A DNA stretch of 64,000 bases, from contig OZ316899.1 in NCBI GenBank assembly GCA_973895155.1, positions 13,829,934 to 13,893,933 of the forward strand. The letters run 5' to 3'. The position numbers and the translations under genes are program-made. Below are positions 52,260 through 63,546 of this stretch, piece after piece (the stretch's first letter is position 1; the number at the start of each line of letters is the position of its first letter). Under the pieces are notes generated by a model, which ran no database searches, had not been told where the DNA came from, and saw only the letters and a list, made by a program, of their open reading frames with translations. Source of the DNA: Marsupella aquatica (lineage: Eukaryota > Plantae > Marchantiophyta).

Positions 52260-55200
52260 CTATAAACCATGAGCATTTTGCCTCTCTAACATGAGCCGAA
52301 CCTCTCCAACAGTGAGAATTGGTTGGCTGGTCAATGTAGATTCCTCAACGTCTAGTTTGAAAACGGTAAGGAAAATCCAACACAAATGTTTGCAAGGCAT
52401 ATATGGATGTTTCCGAGAATGCCGCCGGTAGAAATCCTGACACGAGCAAGTGGGGAAAATGCAAATTTGAACAAAGTAACAATTTGGCGTCCGCATATTT
52501 TCGTGCGTTTGCACCTTAAACTGCTTTCCCCATGCATTCCCAATCGCAACATCCCACTCTCCCTGAATGGACATCGTCTCTTTTTTTGCAGAAGCAATTC
52601 TGTTCATGTGACCCTGGGTAAGATTTGACCAAGGAACGGTATTCCTCCCATTTCGGCTTCGGAGACGAACATTGGGTTCGAGAAGATTCACATGTTCTGG
52701 AAAGATATTGACATTGATTCAAAGATCAAAATCTGACGGGGGTCTAGTTGTACGTTCATTTCCGTGCACTAGGGAGATTCTGTTGTCAAGAAGATATTGC
52801 AGCTCGTCTTTCGAAACATTTGTCCCTTTCAAAACGGGAAGAACATCAGGGAAAGGGGGCAGGTTCAATACACCTCGACGCGGGCGGCTTCTGTAACATG
52901 TATTGTTTGGGCAAAACCAAATCATTTCGGTTATGGGTTCCCCCCTGAAAATGCGTTGTCCTTTAACAACAACGCCGATAACACCATGTGGTGAGGGAAA
53001 TCCAACTTTTTTCACGCAATTGCGACACTCGTCTCTTTCAGAATTACGGGAAAATGATCCGTTGCACTGAGGACCAGCGCCAAATTCTGAAGTTCGACGT
53101 AATTGCCATGCAGCTGGAGCAACCTCGGTCTCACGGACAGGACACTCTTGTAACGGTTGCTGAAGCACGGAGGGAGCAGTCTGGGGAAGCCTCGTTGAAC
53201 ACGTTGGGTCTCGAGCAGGAGGGGTATTGAAATTGACATCTTCTCCACCGCCCGAAATATCACTTCCAGACAGATTAACAACAGGATTAACTTGAGGCGT
53301 GGCGCCAGGGATAGCATCAAACGTCGTGCGATTAAGATTCTTCCTTTTCATCGATCTAGTGTTTAGCAAGGTGACAAGGATTTTATCATGCCTATGGGAG
53401 TCTTGTGGCGAGATATTCCCAGATGCATGTCCTTTCCTCTTCAAAGATTTGGTGACAACGTCTCCATTGAGAGGTGCATGTCTCTCCAAGTCAAACTCGG
53501 CAGCGTTGGACAGTAGCATATTCATTGCATCTTCATACAACTTGGGGGAGCCTGCCTGGTCCGCTGATCGGAAAGCGAGTTCCCAAATTGTGGGACCTTT
53601 TCCTCTATGCAACCCTTTCCAATACGCAGTGTAAGCAGCAACCTGAGAAATAGCTCGATTTTGGTCCATTTCACATGCCTCAAAGAGGCCAACCTTTTTC
53701 TTCATTACCCATGCTTTCATACCTGCGTGCACGGACTCTGATCCTGTACAATTAGGAATCTTAGTCCCTTCTTCGACACTCTTGTTCTGCAATTACATAG
53801 AATAAATTGTCTGTTATGCAACAAGAAAACACTAGCGTCGGGCGCTAGTGAAGTGGAGTCTGTACCTAGAAGTAAAAACTGGCACTGTCCATTAAGGGAC
53901 AACTTATTGCGTCGTATTGTGTCATATGACAGTTTGAATAAATGATAGCGCCAGGCGCTAGTATTAAAAAATGCTATGGTATTATAATATTTGAATATGG
54001 ATACAAACATTTTGTAATGAGAATATAGCACAGCAATACCTAAAGAGCGGAAAGCAAAGTAAACTAACTTACCAAACGAATAAAATTTCCCCATTGCCTC
54101 CACCTGACGACCCACCATGAAATCCAACTCTGGAGCATCCGGAGCTTCCCCAGGACACAGTTACCCGACTGCCACCACAAATCAATCTCCCTTGAAATTC
54201 TGTAAGCCTCTACAAACGTGGGGGCATTTCGCATCTTATCCCAAAGCCTACAATGCTCTGCTTGACTCTCTTCAATCACTCCTTCAACTGAATGGCGATG
54301 GAAGGCTTGGTAGAAATGGAATGCGTCAGTTCGCTCACGCTCTGGGTTTGGATGCCCTCCAAAAAAGACATTTTGGATTGCCAACCAACCAGCTTGAGCA
54401 TTGTCCGCCATGAATCCATGAATAATCGGATTTTCTAATCCATTCTCCTTGGACACCTCAATCATTAGTCTCCAAGCCTTCTCGAACGACTCTATATCCT
54501 CTGCTTTTAGTTCGCAGGTAAATAAGGTACACAGAGCGCGATAGTTGTGATCGTAAATATGCGCACTAAAAGTAACCCAGTCTTTTGTGAGTCGTTTCAT
54601 CACATCAAAACTTACCCAAGCACCTTCGAGACTTCCACCAGGTTGCATTTGTCTCAAAAGATCGACGCCTGATCCATGGCCGACCGAAGTCATCTTGAAT
54701 ATGTGAGGACGGTCTTCTTGAGATCCTTGACCTGGTAGGAGGTACCTTTGGAGGAATGGCATGTTGATATTTCTTTGATACCGAACAAGAAAATCAAGTT
54801 CACCTCGACCTTTCTGGTCCTGTCTAACACTACGAAAGAGGGACGCAAACTTCTGGGGTGTGGAAACTACCATGAGCGACTCAAATATCTCTGTTTCTTC
54901 AATATCTTGAATATCTTCCACACTTTCACACAAGGACTTTACAAAGGACCCTGTCGCCACATTTTTTACACCAGTAGGGGTGAAAATTGGATTTCCTTCC
55001 AATTTCTTTTTGATAACCTCCTCAACAATCTTCTCTGCGCTCCGAGAAAACACCTTTCTTGAAGGATGGTTGTGGATCCCCATATGAATTGCCAAGTGGG
55101 ACATGTGAGTACAGGTTTCTGAGTCAACTAGAACTTGAGGGTACATGTAAAAATAACCTTGCTGGACAGGATTGGACACAAAATGGAACTTGATCACAAA

Positions 55201-56930
55201 ATTGGCAAACAACTCCACCTTCGTCAATGAAGGAGCCAACACGATGTTGCCCGCCAAGTTTGGGGGTTCCACCCCAGGCCTTCTGGTTCCTCCTTTTCTA
55301 CCGTCAAAAATAGTCGCAAGTATTATTCCTACACTCAATGGAACTAGTGCACGTTACTTTACCAAATTCCCAATATTTCTTGGGATGAACATTAGCTGAT
55401 GTAGGAAATATTATGGTCCAGATGTAGCAATCCTTCGACCAGTCCATGTCGCGTAGACGTGACCCCTTTGAAAGAGCTCCCGCAGGAGGCAACTCGAATA
55501 CAATATTTCCATTGTATATCTTTGGCAAACAGCCGACTTGTTCATGGCAGAAGTCCCCAGCCGCGATGAACCTCGAGATTTCACTGGAACCAGTTGACTT
55601 GAGAATGGTATCCATTGCACTTCTCCGATACACAATGGAATTTTTGGTAAAAACTGCTGTAACCTCCTGTTTAACAGGGGTAACCTCCTGTTTAACAACT
55701 GTGTGAGGGGGTTTAGCACTACGCTCAGGCAAACCAGAAGGTCCATCATCGTCGCTATTTGAAAGCAAGACAACATCAACAAAGGGTTTGGATGAAGATG
55801 GGAGATCGGATGCGACTGGTTTTCGAATGACAATAGAATACCGAATTCCTGCATTCAGGTGCCAAAAACAAATCCTGTCATCAACATCAAAAGAAGCAGT
55901 GAAATTAGAGGTTTCATCACCGTTTCCTTCCTCCAAAATGTCCTCAATATCGTTCAAATCCAAACCAACGCGCCCACAGAGATAATTCTCACTAACTTGC
56001 TTGTATACGTCATTGGCCGACAATGGAATGGATACAAGGTCACCGGTAGACGGACGCGTCAGAACGATTGACCTCAACATTGTAAGATCATCCAACCCAA
56101 AAACACTCAGTTCACAATAATGAATGACGTCTTCGAATGCACACAATGGTATTCATAGTGAATAATCCGTTTGTCAGAGCCGTTAGAATACGACATAATC
56201 ACTACCGGTCGAAAGCACATCTGACACAATAAATGTTTTTTGTCGTTATGTCAACAACATTTACACTAATGAGCCTAAGATGTCAGTTTCTGAAGAGCAT
56301 AATCATGTTTATTAAATCATCTTAATTGAGTAGCGCCGAGCGCTACTCAAACATCCTCACTCCAACATGGACCCAAAATGGTGCAATATATGTTTAGCGC
56401 CAGGCGCTACTCAAACCCACACCCTAAATTGTGGTATTAAACTGGAATATTTTATCCGGGGTTTCAGAATAGATCCTAATGTTTGTAGGTATTTTCCAAA
56501 TATTATCTAAAATTTTACCAAAATGTGCCTATTTAATATTAATGTCGGGCGCTAATCTGAAACGGTAATCATGACATTCATTTAAGGAAAAATATTCAAA
56601 AATTGTATTCATTTTGTTTTTTATTTTATACTTCAGGGTCAATGTTGTCCTAACTTAGGGAAAATTTAGGGTTTAAATATTGATCATTTTGGGTAGCGCC
56701 AGGCGCTACTATTGACCAATATCAGATTTGACCTAGGAATATAGATTAAAATCATCAAAATATTCTTTAACGGTCATGTTCAACGGTAATGTTAGGTCGC
56801 GTAACGTTGAAGATATGCCAACGGTATTCAAACAACTAATCCAGAATTGACAAGTGGCGCTCAGGAGAATGTCGTAAATAGATATCAATGTAGCGAGGGG
56901 ATAGTTTAGAGACGATACTCTCCCCACCTC
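52260..56930 (-). mobile_element. Mutator-like (MULE) transposase pseudogene: GCM/WRKY-like Zn domain, DDE core, C-terminal SWIM
   Basis: C...C...HMGIHNHP; WVSFDVMK (D1); GFMADNAQAG (D2); DAFH (CxxH position); SESVH (E), reached across a GT-AG intron at 54072-53787; SWIM TCSCQDF...PCKH. Frameshifts near 55320 and 52700. A probable upstream intron spans ~56730-56221. Confidence 0.85.
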
Positions 56931-57039
56931 CCTTGTCTGCTGTATTTAGGTTCGGTTTCGGAGGTTCTTCGTGCAAGAATTCTCTAGAAGAAGTACGGTA
57001 CGAATGAGGTACTCATCACGATCGTGAAGCACTTTGTGT

Positions 57040-60000
57040 ATGCAAAACATGGACCCTCTCCCCACCACCTTGCATGGGTATAGTGCTAACGGGCAGAGAG
57101 AGCAGATCCATTCCCAGACATCCGAGTGCTCGTTTTCTGGATCTGTTTACAATCATCGTGTGACACGGTCTACAACATCCCAAGATCCCAAAACAATCGC
57201 GGTAGTCACATTTCCGAAGAGCAGGAGAGCGAAGATGGACGATCTCGACACATACGCTGTGGAAGATCGAGGAGAAATGTCACTGACAATGTCCGACGTT
57301 ATCTCCAAGCATGTTATGGTGTTTGGCAAGGATTTTCAAGGGCACGACAAAGACCCCCCAAGGATTCCAATGTGCCGCTTGGTTCACATGGAAGTTGTCC
57401 GCACCTTACAGAAGGGAAGTCCTTCAATTGAAAAGTTGAAGGACTCTTTTTGTAGCACAGGATACAACTCAAAAATTGGAATGTTGTTCTATGTCCAGCC
57501 GACATATTTGAATGGGAATGTCCAGACGTGTACTCCAGAAATTTGAGCGACTTGGGACCCGGTGTGGGTGGCCGAGAATGAGAAGTTTGAAGCTGAATGT
57601 GCGGCCGATCCAGACTTCATGGTGTTACAAGATAAGATGTTTTATGTTTGACAGTAACCATCGACTTTACGCATGGTCGATCGTTACGAAAGAAAATCCG
57701 GAAGATAGCAAGTATCACCCGCGTGTGCAATGTACTATCTTCAAGGGTGAAAATGGATCTTTGATTGAGATTGAGGCGGCTATGCATACTGTGAACCAAT
57801 AAATCTCTCTTTGAATTTCACCTATCCTTATCTTTTATAGTGTAGTTTTTACTAGCGCCTAGCGCTATTGACTGACAAATTCTTCTGTAGACTTGGACAG
57901 GCCGTGGTGGAACCTTCCTGGATACTTGATGCAGACCGAATTAAGAGGATTTTGTCCAACAATCTAGAATACTACAAATCAATCATCGATGGGGAAAACT
58001 TCAAGAAGTTTGGGCAGGTGATGTAGAAGACTCGAAAAGGATCGTGGTATTCCAAGAAAATGCCTCAAGAAGCACTTATGTATATCTTATGTGAGAATAA
58101 GATTAAATCCTATTCTCAACAATTCAAGATGGACATGGAGTTGGCTACCGCTCAGGGAAATCCTTGGTCTCAGGAAGAGACATCCAAACGGCATGCGGTC
58201 ATGATGAAAGAAGCAACAAAGGATTGGGCGATCAAGGTCTCAAAGATCACTCCCTTGTTGAGTCCTGAGTTTGAAGACTTCATGACAACCTGTGCTAAGA
58301 TGTATCCGATGACAGAGGTGAACAAACGCGAGAAGAAACCGGATGCGGTTGTCTGTACCATGGATCGTGCCAGGTTTTTTATAGCAGTCTCCGCCCTCGA
58401 CCCCAAATTGAGGAGCATTTTGTTAGTAGCGCATTGCACGCCAGAGCTCAGGAAGCAGTTCTTTCATCCGCAAAGCGTTAGCGATGACCCTGTGAAGCAG
58501 TGGTGCCACACTTGGCAAACTTGGAATAGCGTGGAGGGAATTGCCATTGGTATGCTGCAGACTGCCCTCCAGCAAATCAGTGAAATAATTCCTTCCAATC
58601 GATTGGAGGAATGGAAGTGTGAGTCTTATGATTCACTCGTTGAAATAGTGTGCAATGATTTCAAAAAATTTGGGGATGCAGTGAAAGGTACGTTTTTCAA
58701 TACGATGTGGATGTCCAAGTACCCGGACAAGGAAGACTACACACTCAAGAATCAAAAGCGAGCGAAACGATATGTCTATCGTTTCTTCATGCACATGGAG
58801 ATTGTGAAGCCTGACTATTTTTGGGCTTACCCAGCTGCTGTCCAGAATTGGGTCATCTGCGCAGATGGAGACATTTTGGCCGAACTATATTCGATGTATC
58901 CCGCTGAGGGTATACTTCCACCGAGGAAATTGTCCAAGTGGGAGAGAATTCACTGCCCTTGGTATCTTGACACCGACAGATGGGATTCTCCTTTGACAAC
59001 ACTAAGAAGGATGCTTTCCATAAACTGTCTAAATCCCAAGTTCCGAGACAATTTGTCTCCAACATGAAGCAGGGAATTGAGGGGGACATCAACTCGTCGA
59101 CGACTGAGTTGCAAAAAAAATGCGAAACCACAGTGGTTCATGTTGATCGAAGTCGAAAACCAAGAGCCAAAGCCAAGGCGGATGCCCCTGTGGCAAGTGC
59201 TAGTGCCAAGTCTGCGAAAAAATGTAAGCTACACCTCCTTCTTCCGACTTCCTTCTTTGGTAGCACCTGGCGCTATCATGTGTCATAAGGTTAATGTGTC
59301 TTATTTCCCAAAATTAATGTGGGTGTTTGGTCAGCGCCTGGCGCTAACACTCTTTCTGTGCTTGACACCGTTTTTTGGTAGGTGGTCAAAAATCTGATGC
59401 CGCCATGGATGACACAAAAGTTGATGCAACACCAGAAGTCTCTGAGGCCAACACTGGTGCCAATCCAGACCCCATCACCCCCATTAAGAAGGGGAAGGTT
59501 ATAGTTCCTGTGGATGCTACAAGCACAACAAAGAAGAAGAAGAAAAGGACCATCGATGCCTGGGAATCGTCGTGAGATAATGCTTCTGGGGCCGGTATCC
59601 AACGGGATGTGGGGACTTTCAAGACCAAACTTGGAAGACACTGTATGGTCGAATCAAGCTTGGCAGAATTCATTGATAGTGCATTTAGTAAGGAAGAGAA
59701 GCCAGATTGGGTCTCAGACGCTGAGAAGTGGGGTAAGGATTTGATCAAATCGGGGTGTAGAGATAAAGGAATCATTCAAGGTGGGAAGGAACGATCGTTT
59801 GGGGTGAATGCGGGTTTCATCTATCTCCCAACTGGTTTGAAACCCACAATTGTTGACCGTCGGGTCCCGAAATGGAATGTCACAGATCACACAGCAGCCA
59901 AATCATTTTTTTGGGCGATGGACCCTTTCCTTTCTGATGACGGCATGCTCGCTATCTTATACTCAGATGACCACAATCAGATTTCCCAGGTCATTTCTGC

Positions 60001-60777
60001 ATGTCAGCAATCCAAGAAGTTCATGTGCATCAATATGCACAATGTTTTCATGTCTATCCCAATGTACAGATCCAAGACAGATGTCCAGGTAAATATTCTC
60101 TTTGAGTAGAGCTATACTAGCGCCCGACGCTACTCTTTCTTTCTTAGGAGGTCTTCTCTCATGAATAAGAGATTTTTAAAATCCAATTGGTTTGTCAACT
60201 TTTGCAGGTCTTCACTCTTAGACTGGATATATTTTGTCGAGTTTCTTTTAAAGGAAAGGTCCCAAAGGATCCAAGATTCAAGCCGTTATCTAGCGTTGAA
60301 GATCCTTCAATCTCAAACCTTATTGGGCTACAATCTTTGAAGGAAGATCATTGTCCTGAACTCCATTTTACTGGGAATTCCCGACTACCGGTTGGTTTTA
60401 TGCAAACTATCCTTGAACTCTTTACGATACCTAAGGATATTGTAATTGATTGGACCGTCGGCTTAGGTAGTATGTTCATTACTGGGGATTACTCGGGCCA
60501 TTTTGTCATCGGGTTAGAAAATCGTCGGGAGTTTGTTGAGACCGCTTCGAGGATTTTTTTGGATCTTATTTCTCCCAAACCTTTGGAGACACAACCTCCC
60601 CCTCCTCAAATAACCGGACAAAAAAAGAAAGATAGACTTAGATCTGTCCTCAACTTTGATTCGGACGAAGATGATGGGACGCCAGAAGATGATGTTCCTG
60701 AGGATGTCAATGGTGGCGGGAAAGAGGAAACCCGACATGATGGGTCAACGGAGGACAGCAAAGAGTCTTTCGAGTAA
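57040..60777 (+). pseudogene. 4-exon gene: ParB/Srx-like N-terminal domain plus C-terminal N4C/N6A (beta-class) DNA methyltransferase-like domain
   Basis: Exons ~57040-57798, 57891-59223, 59382-60088 and 60208-60777 join in phase; the intron 1 donor is mutated GT>AT. Motifs: RIPMCRL...VVR, MFYV(x)DSNHRLYAW; NAGFIYLPTG, FLSDDGMLAI, RLPVGFMQTILELFTIPKDIVIDWTVGLGS...GHFVIGLE. Stops at 57544, 58024 and 59573; frameshifts near 57649 and ~59000. Confidence 0.72.
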
Positions 60778-60898
60778 TTTTTGTCTCTCTTAAGCTCCTT
60801 TATCCTTTCAATTGTTGGCTAACCATCAATTCCACCGGTTCTATCGGTTAAGTACTTACTTCCTCTTTCTCTTCCGCTTCTCTTTTGAGCAGGTCATA

Positions 60899-61198
60899 AT
60901 GGAACCAAAGAAAATGGTTTCAACTCCGGAGGAAAGTGGCTCAAAATGTAATCATCACTCCCGAGAAGCCGTTTGTGTTGCCATCATAGCTGAGAACGTC
61001 GCGAGGACGGTAGAGAAATTTAGAACGCTCTGCTGGGAAACAAAAGGACTTAGGCTTCTTAGGGGAGTAGACAGGAAGTTCATGAGGAACCCCTACGTAG
61101 ATGATGTTTCTAGAAGCAAGTATATTGATGATGAGGCAGAGTCGACCGACAGATCTCAGAGCTCCCAGAATGAGAGCTCAGAATATGACATTGAAGGG
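60899..61198 (+). CDS. Small ORF/exon of unknown function within the palindrome-marked unit
   Basis: ATG at 60899, about 100 codons (MEPKKMV...SKYIDDEAE...YDIE), then a GT donor-like site and an AT-rich segment holding two palindromes. Confidence 0.4.
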
Positions 61199-62872
61199 TA
61201 GCAATTTTCTCCTCTATCAGGTCAAACTTCCTCCCAACTGTACGAGTATGCCCTTGGTTTTTGTTAGCGTCGGGCGCTATTGAATTTATTAAATATGAAT
61301 TGAGTTTGAGGGAGGTTGCCCCTTCCATTCAATGGTTAATGTGGTCTTTAGTAACGTCCTTTGTGTGGGTTCCTCTCCTTGTTTAACTAGCGCCCGACGC
61401 TCCCCAAAAAACACGTTGGAAGTTTCCGTTTGATATTTGTTATTTCCGCCCTAGTGTCATTTGGCTTTCAGTTGGCGACTGGTACCGTCAAGAGGACCAA
61501 TAACGGGAAATCCAAGCCCCTTATAAACATACTATTGTTTCTTTCAAAGTCCATTGCTCTTGTTTTTCTCCTTCTCGATTCCATGGAAGGCCAGTGTATC
61601 GACGGCCCACAAGAGCATATGTCAACTTCCGATTAGATGGTTTCCGCCAAGATCCAGATCGTCAGGACGCTGGGATTGATGATGACTATCACTCTTCGAG
61701 CTAGGACATTGTACGAGGAAGCACCCACCGGGAGTATTAGCGCCTGGCGCTAGTTATAATTGTACTGGCAACTTTAGTGTTCCTATGTAGCAATATTTGT
61801 ACATCGAGGACAATATGTTTCACTTAAATAAAAAAAGCTCGGGTTTATTTTCTTTCAATTTCCCGTTAGAAGTTATGACTCAGATACCTTGGTTAAGTCC
61901 TACTTCTGTGCTTTGATATTGAACTTAGACTATTAGTAATGTTTGGTTTCTACTTGGATCTCAGCCTGAACATCAATCCTACGTTCTCGTGATTTTCTCC
62001 ACAAAGCATTAGAAGCGGCCGGCTCTAGTATTCGGCATGTTTGGGCGATTAATGTTTCATTATTTTGGGTTTGAACGCCCGGCGCTAGTATTCGGCATGA
62101 TGCGTTTGTGATTGTTTTGCCTGTAGACTCCCGGCGCTAGTATTTGGCATCGCATAATTATCAGTATTTTAGGAACAGATTTTTTTAAGTTTGCCACAAT
62201 ACCAGGAGAAATGTGCTCCCAAAACAGGAAATTTTGCTGTTACCAGTTCTTGTTATAGTTTTCTGTTTGCTGTTTACTGCCTTTTGTAAACACCTCATCC
62301 CACCCAGGCCCAGCATTATTGTTCAAAATGGATGAATTAACTTGAATTGTCAAACTGAATATTGTGAAACCAAATTCCAAAAGGGCAGCCTAGAAGGAGA
62401 CGAGAAGGCGCGCTTGAATTAAACAAAAAACAAAAAGAAATGTATATATAGGTAGATTGCAATTCAATCTTTATATTGCATAACTAAGCCGATAGACGAA
62501 CTCTTGGTAAGGGAAGATAGTGCCATGTCACCTACCTAGAAACCCACACTTGTCTGCTCGAGTGATCTCTCCTGACCAGACTGAGTTGGTGCACACAACC
62601 GGCCAAAGCCCAATCCAATCCTAACAAACATCCTATATTGTGATGCTGCAAAGGTTGTTTTATGGAGCATTCCAGACACAAAGCTGTGTGCTCTACCTCA
62701 CCGCCTTGGAGATATATAGAGGCAAACAACGCATCACTGGTGCAATCGAAGCTCACTTCTTGTGTGTGTATATATATTAATTATATATATTATGTGTGTA
62801 ATTGACGACAACAAAGCAACTCTGAAATCATGTACAAGCCATATATCCCGTGTCCAGTATGGCCATAGCCAG

Positions 62873-63546
62873 TCAATCGTCTTGAGAGGACTTCTCCAAA
62901 TTCCGCCACTTGTCTTTGAGATCGACCTGTGCCACAAGCCACAAGAGTAAATCGATGGGTCGTCATTGCATTCCGTGGATTGAAACATGGTATTGCAAAT
63001 TAATATGACCAAAGCTTACCTCTGTTTGACCTTTCAAAATATCCAAGCTTGCTTTACGGATGATATTCCACTTGCCTTTCCCAAACCTGTTGTTAGAAAT
63101 TCAATGAGAATGAATGTTCCTTGACAAGAACATGATTAGCCCATAGTAGGTAATACATCTTGGCCGAAAGAATACACAAATAGTCTATCACTCACTATGT
63201 GATGAAAAGCACAACAGGATAATCAATATGAGTGGAACGCGGAGCATGAGTGCAGGATGTCTCCATACTCACCTGTTTACTCCACTTCTGAGGCACCTTC
63301 CTCTTCCTCGGTCCACCTTCTATTTTGTCTGCATTCATGTTTCGTCGTGTTGCAGTTCGATTTTCCAGTTGGGTCAACGAATTGGGTTGGCTGCATTGTG
63401 GCTGTTTCAGGTTCGGCAAGTCGGACGGACTTGTGTTTTTGGGTGTCCTGTGTGGAAGCTGGAGGTGGACTGCTCGGGGCGGATGCATCAAAAATCCATT
63501 TTCTCTGCAAATTTAGGGCGGACATGATGCGCATATCAGGTTTCAT
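62873..63546 (-). pseudogene. TRF-like (telobox) single-Myb gene, C-terminal exons, frameshifted
   Basis: Exons ...-63273, 63086-63020 and 62926-62873 splice to RRWTEEEEGA(L)RSGVNR-FGKGKWNIIRKASLDILKGQTE-VDLKDKWRNLEKSSQDD*. LKDKWRN is the telobox signature. A 1-bp deletion near 63292 and upstream stops disrupt it. Confidence 0.88.

Larger units (their letters stand above)
52034..62139. repeat. Dispersed 15-bp palindrome TAGCGCCNGGCGCTA, about 18 copies
   Basis: Starts at 52034, 52143, 53833, 53946, 56331, 56395, 56540, 56694, 57853, 59261, 59332, 60118, 61265, 61388, 61738, plus degenerate copies at 62013, 62073 and 62125. Confidence 0.93.

Noticed and set aside
57040-60777. Bacterial contamination or a restriction-modification / parABS operon
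   Set aside because: The gene has phase-consistent spliceosomal introns and CpG decay, and sits among plant TEs. No ParA or restriction enzyme is seen.
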